Position numbers and translations under genes: made by a program
Notes under the pieces: generated by a model
Told to the model about the DNA's origin: nothing
The model's input: the letters and a program-made list of their open reading frames with translations, nothing else
Databases searched by the model: none
Part shown: positions 9,403 through 19,523 of the stretch, one piece after another
How positions within the stretch are numbered: the first letter of the stretch is position 1
Layout: each line of letters begins with the position of its first letter
NCBI GenBank assembly: GCA_013334745.1
Contig: JAAXWY010000002.1
Coordinates: 35,421 to 99,420, forward strand
Length of the DNA: 64,000 nucleotides
Source: Coriobacteriia bacterium
GTDB taxonomy: Bacteria > Actinomycetota > Coriobacteriia > Anaerosomatales > JAAXUF01
Reading direction: 5' to 3'

Positions 9403-10634
9403 TGCTCGGCCCTCATGCGCCACACGCCGAACGCGAAGAACGCGATCGCGAAGCACCACAGCGCGATCACCGGCGCCATGACACCTGCGAGACCCGCTCC
9501 CTGGACCTGCACAGCACGCCACCCCTCGAGCGCCCAGCCCACGAGCGAGAAGTACTTGATGGGCTGGATCCACTCGGGCAACGCGTCGAGCTGGAAGAAC
9601 GCGCCGCCGATAGCCGCCTGGATCTGGATGAACAGGGGTGCGATCCCGCCGATGGCCCGCTGCGTCTTGGCGATGGCGCTGATCCCCGTCGCAAGGCCGG
9701 TCACCGCGGCGACCTCGGCCACCGCGACCATGACGATTGCCAGCGTGCTCTGACCCCACCACACGTTGAGCAGGTACTTGGTGAACAGGAACAACACCGC
9801 GAACTGCGTGATGCCGAGGATGAATACGCCCAGCATCTTGCCGCCCACGATCGACTCGCGAGCCGTGGGCGACGCGAGCATGCGTGCCATCGTCTGCTCG
9901 GTGCGTTCTCGGACGGTCGACATTGCGCCGAACATCGCAGCGAACATGAGGAACATCGCCGTCATCGACAGCGCGTAGTAGTCGATCGCCCCGACCTTGT
10001 TGGTGCCGCCGGAGACCGTGTCGGTCACCTTCACGGCATCGAAGACGTCGTCGCGCGACCCCTCGGTGATTGCGAACCCGACTACGGCGCCCGCTCCGCC
10101 GGCCTTGGCGAGCGCCGGCGAGTTGGCGCGCTGCACCGCCTCCATCGTCGTACGCACGACGACCACGACCGCCGAGTACCTCACCGCCACGGAACGCACG
10201 ATGCTCTCCCAGATACCCGCCGAGACCGTCGAGCCGGGATCTACGAGCACGTCAAGCTTGATCGTCCCCTGCCCGAGGGTGTTGCTGAAGCCCTCGGGGA
10301 TGACGAGCGCAGCGGCCAGATCCCCGTTGGCGACGCGGTGCTCGACCCCGGCCAGATCGCGCGTGCGCTCCATCGTGAACAGCGCCTTGATGCGCTTCTC
10401 GTCGGTAAGCGATGCTTCGAGCTCGGCGGCCTGGTCCTTGACGATCGCATAGGGCCGGCTGTCGAGGTTGACGATCGCGACCGGGATGCGCCCGCTGCCG
10501 GACATGATGCCGCCCAGCGCCGCACCCAGGATGACGATGAGCAGCGCCGGCATGCCGAGCAGGATGCCCAGCGCGGTGGGATCCCTCATCCACACGATGA
10601 GGTCCTTCTGTGCGATGTCGAACGCGCGGCGCAT
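9399..10634 (-). CDS. ABC-2 type transporter permease
   Basis: Same topology as its paralog downstream. Its ATG overlaps the stop of the ATPase gene (TGATG). Confidence 0.85.
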   Translation of the reverse strand: MRRAFDIAQKDLIVWMRDPTALGILLGMPALLIVILGAALGGIMSGSGRIPVAIVNLDSRPYAIVKDQAAELEASLTDEKRIKALFTMERTRDLAGVEHRVANGDLAAALVIPEGFSNTLGQGTIKLDVLVDPGSTVSAGIWESIVRSVAVRYSAVVVVVRTTMEAVQRANSPALAKAGGAGAVVGFAITEGSRDDVFDAVKVTDTVSGGTNKVGAIDYYALSMTAMFLMFAAMFGAMSTVRERTEQTMARMLASPTARESIVGGKMLGVFILGITQFAVLFLFTKYLLNVWWGQSTLAIVMVAVAEVAAVTGLATGISAIAKTQRAIGGIAPLFIQIQAAIGGAFFQLDALPEWIQPIKYFSLVGWALEGWRAVQVQGAGLAGVMAPVIALWCFAIAFFAFGVWRMRAEQ

Positions 10635-11728
10635 CAGTCTCGCAGGCCCCGGCCGGTGAGATGCAGGAAGACCGATTCGAGGTCGGGCTCGACGATCTCG
10701 ATCGCCCGGATGTCGGCGCCCGCTTCGACAATCGCGCTCACCACGTCGCCGAGCACCCCGGCGGCGTCAGGCGCCAGCACTTCGATCGCACCGGCGAGGG
10801 CATCGGCGCGCGAGACGCCGGGAAGCGCACGCAGCGCGGCGAGCGCGGCCTCGACCTCGGGCGCGGGCGGAATCGGCTCGTCGTCTGCCGGGTCGGGCTG
10901 CGGGCCCTTCGCGTTCTCGACTGCAGCTTCCGCCTCGCTCGCGTCGTCGCCGGGCGAATCGAGCGCGTCGCCCACCTTCACGCGAATCCGGTCCTCGTCG
11001 CCCACGAGCGCTCGCAACTCCTCCTGCGAGCCGGTCGCGATGACCTTGCCGTGGTCGACGATGGCGATGTCATCGCAGAGCGCTTCGACTTCCTCCATGT
11101 AGTGGCTGGTGTAGAGCACCGTCATGCCGGCTCGGTTGAGCTCGCGCACGGTATCGAGGATGTGGTTGCGGCTCTGCGGATCGATGCCCACCGTCGGCTC
11201 GTCCATGAGCAGCACGCGCGGCCGATGCAGGATCCCGGCGGCGATGTTGATGCGCCGCTTCATGCCTCCCGAGAAGGTCTCGACGCGGTCCTTCGCGCGG
11301 TCCTCTAGGCCGGCCATCATGAGGCCGTACTCGACGGCATCCGCGAGTGCCTTGCCCGACAGCCCGTACATCTTGCCCCAGAACCGCAGGTTCTCGGCGG
11401 CCGTGAGCGTGGGGTACAACGCGATCTCCTGTGGCACGATTCCGAGCACGCGGCGCACGCCGTGTGAGTCGGTACGCACCGAGTGGCCGTCCACGAGGAT
11501 GTCACCCTCATCGGGTGCGATAAGGCACGAGAGCATCGAGATGGTGGTGGTCTTTCCCGCACCGTTGGGGCCGAGCAGTCCGAAACACGAGTTCTCGGCG
11601 ATCTCGAAACTGACGCCGTCAACAGCCGTGAAGTCACCGTAGCGCTTCACCAAGCCGCGAACCTCGACGATGGGCGGTCGCTCAAGACCCGCAGTCTCGA
11701 ACGCGACCGATTCCTGCTCCGCGCTCAT
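10634..11728 (-). CDS. ABC transporter ATP-binding protein with extra C-terminal domain
   Basis: Walker A GPNGAGKTT, signature FSGGMKRR and Walker B VLLMDEP are present. An acidic/Pro-rich linker and about 70 extra residues follow. Confidence 0.9.
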   Translation of the reverse strand: MSAEQESVAFETAGLERPPIVEVRGLVKRYGDFTAVDGVSFEIAENSCFGLLGPNGAGKTTTISMLSCLIAPDEGDILVDGHSVRTDSHGVRRVLGIVPQEIALYPTLTAAENLRFWGKMYGLSGKALADAVEYGLMMAGLEDRAKDRVETFSGGMKRRINIAAGILHRPRVLLMDEPTVGIDPQSRNHILDTVRELNRAGMTVLYTSHYMEEVEALCDDIAIVDHGKVIATGSQEELRALVGDEDRIRVKVGDALDSPGDDASEAEAAVENAKGPQPDPADDEPIPPAPEVEAALAALRALPGVSRADALAGAIEVLAPDAAGVLGDVVSAIVEAGADIRAIEIVEPDLESVFLHLTGRGLRD

Positions 11729-12447
11729 CGCACGCCTCCTTCGCCGCGCTCAACCGCGCCCTCCAGGCCGTCGAGGAACTCGAACAGCAGCTCCCGACAC
11801 TCGGCGATGTGCGCGGGTGCGGCCTCGAGGAACTCGCCCGAATCGGCGACCCATTCGCCGCCGTCCGAGAAGTCGGTGATGCAGGCGTCGAGCAGGCCGT
11901 CGACGGTCGCCTCGTCCCACTCGATGTGGAACTGCAGCCCTACCACGCGCCCGTCGTAGACGAACGCCTGATTGCGCGTGAACTCGCTTGAGAGCACCGG
12001 CTCCATCCCCAGCGGCAACTCGAACGTGTCGCCGTGCCAGTGCCCGACGACGACCTCATCCGGCCATCGGCTGAACAGCGTCTCACCCAGGCTCGCGGCC
12101 GTGGGCATCACCGAGAACCAGCCGATCTCGCGCGCCTCGCCACGCACCACGCGTCCGCCGAGCACCTCGGCGATGATCTGCGCGCCCAGACAGATGCCGA
12201 GCACGGCTTTGCCCGCTGCAATCGCGTCGGCGATGTAGCGCTTCTCGGCGACGAGCCACGGCGATGCATCGTCGTCATCGGCGTCCATGGGACCACCCAT
12301 CACGACGAGCAGGTCGACCTCGGAAAGCGGCGGGTACTCCTCGGTGATGGACTGCGAGATCGAGATCGAATGGCCACACTCGGCCGCCCACTCCCCGATA
12401 AGCGCCGGACCTTCGAACGGTACGTGTTGGATCACTTCGATATGCAT
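11725..12447 (-). CDS. class I glutamine amidotransferase-like protein
   Basis: GICLGAQ nucleophile-elbow motif. The ATG at 12447 has a GGGGAG RBS. The stop overlaps the ABC ATPase start (ATGA). Confidence 0.85.
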   Translation of the reverse strand: MHIEVIQHVPFEGPALIGEWAAECGHSISISQSITEEYPPLSEVDLLVVMGGPMDADDDDASPWLVAEKRYIADAIAAGKAVLGICLGAQIIAEVLGGRVVRGEAREIGWFSVMPTAASLGETLFSRWPDEVVVGHWHGDTFELPLGMEPVLSSEFTRNQAFVYDGRVVGLQFHIEWDEATVDGLLDACITDFSDGGEWVADSGEFLEAAPAHIAECRELLFEFLDGLEGAVERGEGGVR

Positions 12448-12677
12448 GGTCGCTCCCCGTGCGACAGGTTGAGACGATACTACCTGACGCCGCACACCAC
12501 GCGGCGGAGGCGCAACGCCAACGTGCGCCTCTGCGTCGGCGAACGGCTGAATTGTTGTGCCTCATTGTCGCCACTGGCGCGATTTCTGTTGCTGGTCGCC
12601 GTGTGCGGGTACTAGGATTGTGCGATGCACGCTCGCCCGGGTCGGCCCGGGTGCGTGCCAAACGAGGGAGCCTGGAC

Positions 12678-13325
12678 ATGCACGTCGTCATCGGAGGGTA
12701 CGGCCGAGTAGGCCGCTACCTCGCCCATGAACTTGAGCGCCAAGGCCACACCGTGGCCGTCGTAGACCGAAATCCCGACGTGTTCGAGGAGTTCGAGGGC
12801 ATCAACGGACGCAAGCTGTCCGGCGAGGTCTTCGACCGCGACACGCTCATCAAGGCCGGCATCGAGAAGGCCGATGCGTTCGCCGCATGCACGAGCGGTG
12901 ACAACAGCAATATCATCGCTGCGCGTGTCGCCCGTGAGCGCTTCCGCGTGCCGCTCGTGGTCGCCCGCATCTTCGACCCCAAGCGCGCGGTCATCTACGA
13001 GCAGTTCGGCATCCCGACCGTCTCGGCGGTCCAGTGGTCCAGCTCTCGCCTGCTTGCCATGCTCACCGACCCCGACGCGCCGAGTGAGTTCGCGTTCGGC
13101 CAAGGCGAAGTCGTCATCCTCGACTCCGAGGTGACGCCGGCAATCGCCGGGAAGCGCGTACTCGATATCGAGCTGCCTCGCGTGCTCTCGATCGTGGCCG
13201 TCGAGCGTGACGGGAAGGCGACCATGCTCGCCGATATCGACGAGATCAAGCTCGGTGACCACATGTTCCTTGCTGTCGACCGCGCCTACGCCCCGGAGCT
13301 CTCGAAGCTCCTGGCCGGCGAGTAG
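12678..13325 (+). CDS. trkA: TrkA-type potassium transport regulatory subunit (RCK/KTN NAD-binding)
   Basis: The Rossmann motif VVIGGYGRVGRYLA sits right after the ATG at 12678, which has a GAGGGAG RBS. The 73-aa upstream extension of the ORF is not protein-like. Confidence 0.9.
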   Translation: MHVVIGGYGRVGRYLAHELERQGHTVAVVDRNPDVFEEFEGINGRKLSGEVFDRDTLIKAGIEKADAFAACTSGDNSNIIAARVARERFRVPLVVARIFDPKRAVIYEQFGIPTVSAVQWSSSRLLAMLTDPDAPSEFAFGQGEVVILDSEVTPAIAGKRVLDIELPRVLSIVAVERDGKATMLADIDEIKLGDHMFLAVDRAYAPELSKLLAGE

Positions 13326-13334
13326 GAGGCCACC

Positions 13335-14039
13335 GTGCGTATCGCAATCGTAGGAGCCGGCAAGTCCGGACTCTATCTCGCCCAGCAGCTCCGCAAGGAG
13401 CACGACGTCACCCTGCTCGAGGCTCGCTTCGACCGCTCCGAGGTCGTCGAGTCGATGATGCCCGACATCACCGTCATCCACGGTGATGCATGCGAGCCCG
13501 AGGTTCTTGAGCACGCCAAGATCGGCGATGCCGACCTGGTCATCTCGGTGACAGGCGACGATGAGGACAACCTCGTCGTGTCGATGCTCTCCAAGCACTT
13601 CGGCGCAGGCAAGGTCTTCGCCCGCATCAATCACCCCAAGAACGAGTGGCTCTTCGACAAGGACTTCGGCGTCGACGTGCCGGTCTCCTCAAGCTCGATG
13701 ATGCTGTCGCTCGTCGAGAAGGAGGTCGGCTTCGGCGACCTCGTCACGCTGCTGCGTCTCCAGGCCGACAACGTCTCCATCGAGGAGATCACGCTGCCCG
13801 AGTACGCAACGGCCGTCGGCAAGACGCTCGCAGAGATCAAGCTGCCCGAGAACTCGCACGTCATGGCGATCATCAACCCCGAGACCGGGCTGTCGGTCGC
13901 CAAGGGCGACACCGTGCTCGCTCCCGGCGATGAGCTGCTCATGTTCTCCGATGGCGGACATGAGAACGAGGTCCGAGAAGCGCTCGGCATCGCCGTGTCG
14001 GCCAAGCGACCGGAAGGCTACGTGGCCGATTCCGAGTAG
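13335..14039 (+). CDS. trkA: TrkA-type potassium transport regulatory subunit, second copy
   Basis: IAIVGAGKSGLYLA Rossmann motif with a C-terminal TrkA-C-like segment. GTG start 9 nt after the previous stop. Confidence 0.9.
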   Translation: MRIAIVGAGKSGLYLAQQLRKEHDVTLLEARFDRSEVVESMMPDITVIHGDACEPEVLEHAKIGDADLVISVTGDDEDNLVVSMLSKHFGAGKVFARINHPKNEWLFDKDFGVDVPVSSSSMMLSLVEKEVGFGDLVTLLRLQADNVSIEEITLPEYATAVGKTLAEIKLPENSHVMAIINPETGLSVAKGDTVLAPGDELLMFSDGGHENEVREALGIAVSAKRPEGYVADSE

Positions 14040-14104
14040 CGTTTCGGCGCGGGAATATACTCCAAGTAGGAGTGTTTTCTGTTGCCCATGGGAAGGGGGA
14101 CCCC

Positions 14105-15580
14105 ATGACTCGGAACTCATCGTGTAGCCGCCCCGCGGTTCGTACAGCGATTCGCTTGGTGGTTCTGTTGGCGGTGGCGGTCGTAGTTCTTGGCGCGGCC
14201 GCGCCTGCATTCGCGAAGCGTCCGACGCGCGTCAGCGGAATCTCATCGACGTATCTGTTCACCGGCTCATCGGTGATCGGCCACGGCACGCTGCAGCAGT
14301 ACTACAGTGGCTCGTGGCATGCCTTGGGCTCGCGCTACGTGAAGTTGTACAAAGGCAATGGCGTCGGCGGATGGGTCTACGTGGGGCGGATCAAGACCAG
14401 CTCCTCGGGCAGTTTCGCCTTCAATCTGACGACGACGAACGTCTATCGGCTCAAGTTTCTCGACACCTCCACGCTGCATGGGACCTACCGCACGTTCAGC
14501 GCGGGTCGTATGTGGAGCATGTTCCGGTCGAGCAAGAGCCATACGGGTCGGGTCGCTTGGGCCGGACCTACCGTCTCGGACATGGACTGGCGCTACAACA
14601 TAGGTGCGGACATCCAGTCGTCACCGGCAATCGGCAACGACGGGACGATCTACATCGGCACGGCGGACGGTCGCCTGTGTGCGCTCAATCCCAACGGCAC
14701 GCTCAAGTGGTGGTTCCCTGCAGACGGCGCCGTGAGCGGCTCACCTGCAGTCGCAGGTGATGGCAGCATCGTCTTCGGCACCGAGAACGGCACGTTGTAC
14801 GCGGTGACCGCCAGCGGTGTCAAGGACTGGCAGCACACCATCAGCGGAAACCCGGCGATCGCCTCATCTCCGGTGATCGGCTCTCTGGGAGTGGTCTACT
14901 TCGGCACCGACGACAACTACATCCGAGCACATCTGCTTACCACGGGCGCCCAGGTCTACAGCCCCCACCCCACCGGCGGCGCGGTTCGATCATCGCCTGC
15001 GCTCGGCTCGGACGGGACTGTGTACGTGGGCTCATCGGACGGCTACCTCTACGCGCTCAACCCCGACCTCAGCTTCAAGTGGTGGTACCTGACCGCCGGT
15101 GAGATCCGGTCTTCTCCCGCGGTCGGCTCTGACGGGACCGTCTACGTCGCGTCCGGCACCTACGATGACGCCTCCCGCGGGATCTACGCCGTCAGGAGCA
15201 CCGGCACACTCAAGTGGAGGCACGCGATGAGCGGCGCCGGCATCTCGTCTCCGGCGATCGGCGCCGATGGCACCGTGTACTGCGGCCGGGGCTTCTACGA
15301 CGGAGAGACCGGCTCGGTCATCGCTCTGCGACCCGCAACCGGCTCTGTGAAGTGGACGCGCACGCTCGATGCGGGCATGTGGGCGAGCCCTGCCGTCGAC
15401 TGCTACGGCCATATCTACATCGGCACATACAACGGCACCCTCTACGGCTTGCGCCCGACCGGCACCGTGATGTGGCACAAGCACACCAATGACCAGATCC
15501 GCTCGTCAGCGGCGATCGGCCGCAACGGCACGGTCTACTTCGGCAGCCAGGACCAGTACCTGCGCGCGATGGAGAAGTAG
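14105..15580 (+). CDS. secreted PQQ-like beta-propeller repeat protein
   Basis: The signal peptide ends in APAFA. The motif 'SSPA.G.DGT.Y.G..DG.LYA' recurs about 8 times. Confidence 0.8.
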   Translation: MTRNSSCSRPAVRTAIRLVVLLAVAVVVLGAAAPAFAKRPTRVSGISSTYLFTGSSVIGHGTLQQYYSGSWHALGSRYVKLYKGNGVGGWVYVGRIKTSSSGSFAFNLTTTNVYRLKFLDTSTLHGTYRTFSAGRMWSMFRSSKSHTGRVAWAGPTVSDMDWRYNIGADIQSSPAIGNDGTIYIGTADGRLCALNPNGTLKWWFPADGAVSGSPAVAGDGSIVFGTENGTLYAVTASGVKDWQHTISGNPAIASSPVIGSLGVVYFGTDDNYIRAHLLTTGAQVYSPHPTGGAVRSSPALGSDGTVYVGSSDGYLYALNPDLSFKWWYLTAGEIRSSPAVGSDGTVYVASGTYDDASRGIYAVRSTGTLKWRHAMSGAGISSPAIGADGTVYCGRGFYDGETGSVIALRPATGSVKWTRTLDAGMWASPAVDCYGHIYIGTYNGTLYGLRPTGTVMWHKHTNDQIRSSAAIGRNGTVYFGSQDQYLRAMEK

Positions 15581-15599
15581 CCAGGGACACGGTATGCAA

Positions 15600-15633
15600 G
15601 AAGGGCCGGTGCGAGTGCGCGCACCGGCCCTTC
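15600..15633. terminator. bidirectional hairpin between convergent genes
   Basis: GAAGGGCCGGTGCG-AGTGCG-CGCACCGGCCCTTC, a 14-bp perfect stem. Confidence 0.6.
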
Positions 15634-15671
15634 GTACGTGTGGCTGCGACCCGCAGGCCCGCCGCCCACTG

Positions 15672-17579
15672 CTATGCGGTCGGACCTGTCTCGACGCCGT
15701 CCGCCCGCTTCTCGCGAATCTCGTCGAAGCTGGGATGGTACGGAACGTCGGCGACGATGACGCCTTCTTCGCCGAACAGTTGCTGCTTGATCCAGAACGA
15801 CGTCTGGTCGTGAAGCATCGCGTCGGCGGCGTTCATCGGCGCGTACTCCGGGATGATCACCGTGATGACGTCGTCCTTCGTGCGTCGAGGCAACGAGCGC
15901 ACGTGCTCGATGACCGGCGAGATGACCTCGCGGTACGGCGACTCGACGACGATGAGCTTGATGCCGAATCCTGCCTGGTTCCAGCGCTGGCGCATCGACT
16001 CGACCTGCTCGCCGCCTGACGAATCGACGAAGAGCGCCTCGACCTCCTCGGCACGAAGCGACTTGGCGTACTGCAGCGCGCGGATCAGTCGGCGATCGAT
16101 GTTCTTCACGAGTACGACCACGTGGTTGTGAAGCCGGTTGTAAGCCTGATAGTTGAGGTCGGCGAGCTCGTCGGGTTGTATCGCGAGTTCCGCCGAGACG
16201 CGCTCGTACTGGCGGCGCACCCAGAGGAACGCGACGATCATCGTCGGGATGAGCAACACGACGACCCACGCACCGTCGCGGAACTTGGTGACGGTGACCA
16301 CGCCGAGAACGATCGCGGTGATGGTTGCGCCGAATCCGTTGATGGCGGTACTGATCTGCCAACCGGGCTCTTTGCTCTTCATCCAGCGGACGACCATACC
16401 CGCCTGCGAGAGCGTGAACGACGTGAACACGCCAAGCGCGTAGAGCGGGATAAGGCGGCTCGTCTGGCCACCGAAGCCGATGATGAGTCCGGCCGCAGCG
16501 GCCGTCAGCATGATGATGCCGTTGCTGAAGACGAGTCGGTGACCCAGGTCGCGCAGCTGGTGCGGCAGGAAGCTATCGGCAGCCATGAACGACGCGAGGC
16601 GCGGGAAGTCGGCGTACGCGGTGTTGGCGGCGACCACGAGGATTGCCGCAGTGAAGGCGGAGATCACGAAGTACAGCGGCCCCGTGCCGAAGAACTGCCG
16701 GGACAGCTGGCTGATGACGGTCTCCTCGGTGGGCTGGACCATGGCGTGAACGGCAAGCCACGACAGCCCGAGGAACATGAACAGTAGGATGCCGGCCATC
16801 CAGGTGATGGTGATGCGCGCGTTCTTCGCCGTGGGCTCACGGAACACCGCGACGCCATCAGCGATCGCTTCGACTCCTGTCATCGCCGCACACCCCGAGG
16901 CGAACGCCTTGAGGACGAGCATGATCGTCAGGGGCGCCGTCGCTTCGATGATCTCGTGCTGGGGCACCATGATCGCCTCGGCGCCTCCGGTGGTGTAGCG
17001 GAAGAAGCCCACGACGATGGTCACCACCATGAGGGCGATGAAGCCGTACGTCGGCACCGCGAACAGGCCGCCGGACTCCTTGACACCCCGCAGGTTGGCG
17101 ACCGCGAGAAGGGCGACGAACGCAAGCGCTATCTCGATTCGATACGGCGATGCCGCGGGGATCGCGGACGTGACCGCGGCCGTGCCCGCCGACACCGACA
17201 CCGCCACGGTCAGTATGTAGTCGACCAGCAATGAGGCTCCGGCAACGAGACCGGCGTTGGTGCCGAGGTTGTCGCTTGCCACCCGATACGAGCCGCCGCC
17301 CTGCGGGTACGCCTTGATCGTCTGCCGGTACGAGGTGACCACGATGACGAGCAGCACGCCGATGGCGATGGCGATCGGCCACGTCAGCCACAGGCGACTT
17401 GCACCGGCCACGGCCAGAACGAGCAGAATCTCGCCGGTGGCGTACGCGGTCGAAGAAAGTGCGTCGCTTGAGAACACCGCCAGCGCGATCGGGTTCGAAA
17501 GGCGCTGATGACCGGACTCCTCGTTGTGGAGCGCATCGCCGAGGAACAGGTTCTTGAACCTACTGGGCATGTCGAGCAC
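15672..17579 (-). CDS. APC superfamily permease with about 200-aa cytoplasmic C-terminal domain
   Basis: About 12 TM segments with an APC-type layout, then a soluble C-terminal domain. It lies near the two trkA genes. Confidence 0.85.
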   Translation of the reverse strand: MLDMPSRFKNLFLGDALHNEESGHQRLSNPIALAVFSSDALSSTAYATGEILLVLAVAGASRLWLTWPIAIAIGVLLVIVVTSYRQTIKAYPQGGGSYRVASDNLGTNAGLVAGASLLVDYILTVAVSVSAGTAAVTSAIPAASPYRIEIALAFVALLAVANLRGVKESGGLFAVPTYGFIALMVVTIVVGFFRYTTGGAEAIMVPQHEIIEATAPLTIMLVLKAFASGCAAMTGVEAIADGVAVFREPTAKNARITITWMAGILLFMFLGLSWLAVHAMVQPTEETVISQLSRQFFGTGPLYFVISAFTAAILVVAANTAYADFPRLASFMAADSFLPHQLRDLGHRLVFSNGIIMLTAAAAGLIIGFGGQTSRLIPLYALGVFTSFTLSQAGMVVRWMKSKEPGWQISTAINGFGATITAIVLGVVTVTKFRDGAWVVVLLIPTMIVAFLWVRRQYERVSAELAIQPDELADLNYQAYNRLHNHVVVLVKNIDRRLIRALQYAKSLRAEEVEALFVDSSGGEQVESMRQRWNQAGFGIKLIVVESPYREVISPVIEHVRSLPRRTKDDVITVIIPEYAPMNAADAMLHDQTSFWIKQQLFGEEGVIVADVPYHPSFDEIREKRADGVETGPTA

Positions 17580-17766
17580 GACCCCTCACTACACCGCGCC
17601 GGCTAGCGCGTATCCGGAGCGCATCCCACACCCCTGACCGAAACCATATCTGCACAGGATAGTGTGCGCGATGGTCCTGCGGAACCCCGAATGTGCTTGT
17701 CTCGGGTATACCCTAGTGCATGCGTTACCGCACAACGGCGCCCGTTCCGCACCGAGGAGACCGCCC

Positions 17767-19440
17767 ATGCCCGCCATGACTCGTAGCGAACGCTACCGCA
17801 GAATCGTCACCGTCCTGCTCGACGAGGGGTTCGCGACCCTCGCGAGCCAACTCGGACTGCACGCGCCGTGGCTCGCATCGCTTCGCGGCGACCGCGCGAA
17901 GGGCGCCGAGGCCGAGCTGACCCCGGAGCAGCGCCTGCGCCGTGCGATGGAGCGGCTCGGACCCACGTTCGCGAAGATCGGCCAGATGCTGTCCGTGCGC
18001 CCCGACCTCATTCCGGCATCATTCGCCGATGAGCTCGCCCGACTGCAGGACACGATGGAGCCGTTCCCGTTCGAGCAGGTCAAGGCTGAGATCGAGACGT
18101 CCTTCGGCGGGCCGCTCGAAGAGTCGTTCACCGAGTTCGACGAGGTCCCTGCGGCGGCGGCGAGCATCGGCCAGGTGCACATGGCGGTGTTGCTCGACGG
18201 CACGCCGGTGGCGGTCAAGGTGCAGCGCCCCAGCATCCACGAAGTGATCGAGGCTGACCTCGACATCCTGCGCACCCAGGCGCGCCGCGTTCAGGGACGC
18301 ACCGACTTGGGGCAAAGGTACGACCTTGTCGGCCTTGTCGACGAGTTCTCACGCGCAATCCGCGAGGAGTGCGACTACTTGAACGAGGCCGAGAACTGCG
18401 AGCGTCTCGCGACCGCGTTCGCCGACGACCCGGATGTACACTTCCCCGCCGTCTACTGGGAGCGCACGACGCCCACGGTCCTCACCCTCGAGCGCATCGA
18501 AGGCATCCCGTTCAACCGCCTCGACGAACTCGACCGCCAGAAGGTCGATCGCCAAGCTGCCGCCCGCAAGGGCATCGTCTGCTACTACGAGCAGATCTTC
18601 ATGCACGGCTTCTTCCACGCCGATCCGCATCCCGGCAACCTCTTCGCGATGGCTGACGGGCGCGTCGCGTTCACCGACTTCGGCCGGTGTGGCAGCCTGA
18701 GCGACCACGCCAGACGGCAGGTCGCCGACCTGCTCATCGCGATCATCGAGCAGGACGGCCAGCTCGCGACCGACATCCTGCTCGAGGTCAGCGGCGGTTC
18801 GGCCGACATCGACATCCTCGCGCTTCAGCGCGACGTCACCACCCTCATCGCCAAGTACTACGACCTCGAGCTGCACGAAGTGAACAGCAAGACCCTCATC
18901 GTCGAGGTCATGTCCCTCATCGGGAAGCGTGGCCTGACGATGTCGAGCGAGTTCGCGCTGCTGCTTACGACATTCGCGACGCTGCAAGCGCTCGGCACAT
19001 CGGTCGACCCACGGTTCCACTTCGTGAACTCTGTGCAGCCATTCGCGCGACGCCTCGTCGAGGAGCAGATGAAGCCCGAGGCGCTGCTTCAGGGCTTCGC
19101 GGGTACGCTTCGCCGAGCAGGTCGCGCGCTGCAGAACCTGCCCGACAGCGTCACGCGCGCACTGCGTCGCGTCGGCGACGGCGACCTGCGCATGACGGTG
19201 CGTCCTGCCGGATTCGACCCCTTGATGTCACGCGTCGAGGAGGCTGTCGACAGGCTCGCATTCGCCCTGGTCGTGGCGGCGTTCGTGGTTGGGTTCGCGA
19301 CGCTGCTCACCCGCGCCGATCTGCCCTGGTGGATGGAGCTCATCGCGCAGTTCGCCATCGTGTGCGCCGCGGGCGTGGGTGTGTGGTTCTTCGCCTCGAT
19401 CATCTTCCGTCGCTTCAGGCGCCGTAGCCGCGACGACTGA
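17767..19440 (+). CDS. ABC1/UbiB family atypical kinase
   Basis: The GPTFAKIGQMLSVRPDLIP and AAASIGQVH motifs, the HADPHPGNL catalytic loop and C-terminal TM helices are all present. The ATG at 17767 is 7 nt after a GAGGAG RBS. Confidence 0.85.
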   Translation: MPAMTRSERYRRIVTVLLDEGFATLASQLGLHAPWLASLRGDRAKGAEAELTPEQRLRRAMERLGPTFAKIGQMLSVRPDLIPASFADELARLQDTMEPFPFEQVKAEIETSFGGPLEESFTEFDEVPAAAASIGQVHMAVLLDGTPVAVKVQRPSIHEVIEADLDILRTQARRVQGRTDLGQRYDLVGLVDEFSRAIREECDYLNEAENCERLATAFADDPDVHFPAVYWERTTPTVLTLERIEGIPFNRLDELDRQKVDRQAAARKGIVCYYEQIFMHGFFHADPHPGNLFAMADGRVAFTDFGRCGSLSDHARRQVADLLIAIIEQDGQLATDILLEVSGGSADIDILALQRDVTTLIAKYYDLELHEVNSKTLIVEVMSLIGKRGLTMSSEFALLLTTFATLQALGTSVDPRFHFVNSVQPFARRLVEEQMKPEALLQGFAGTLRRAGRALQNLPDSVTRALRRVGDGDLRMTVRPAGFDPLMSRVEEAVDRLAFALVVAAFVVGFATLLTRADLPWWMELIAQFAIVCAAGVGVWFFASIIFRRFRRRSRDD

Positions 19441-19523
19441 CACCCGCTGAGAAACACCGCGACCTGCTAGAACTCCACCGTTGTGGGTATTGACACACTT
19501 TGGCCGGAAGACCGGGGTGCCAG

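Noticed and set aside
12459-12677. Long N-terminal extensions offered by the ORF track, e.g. TrkA from 12459, DEAD-box helicase from 58611, RadC from 33160, DUF5131 from 38183, tautomerase from 6486 and ABC-2 permease from 9762
   Set aside because: The extensions are Arg-rich and low-complexity, overlap neighbouring genes, and lack RBSs. Internal starts with GGAGG-type RBSs sit directly before the conserved domain N-termini.
12496-12677. A cyclic-di-AMP (ydaO-type) riboswitch in the leader of the trkA genes
   Set aside because: Only one GC-rich hairpin (GCACGC..CCCGGGTCGGCCCGGG..GCGTGC) is visible. I do not see the pseudo-symmetric ydaO architecture or its conserved ACGGGGA/CCCGA-type elements.
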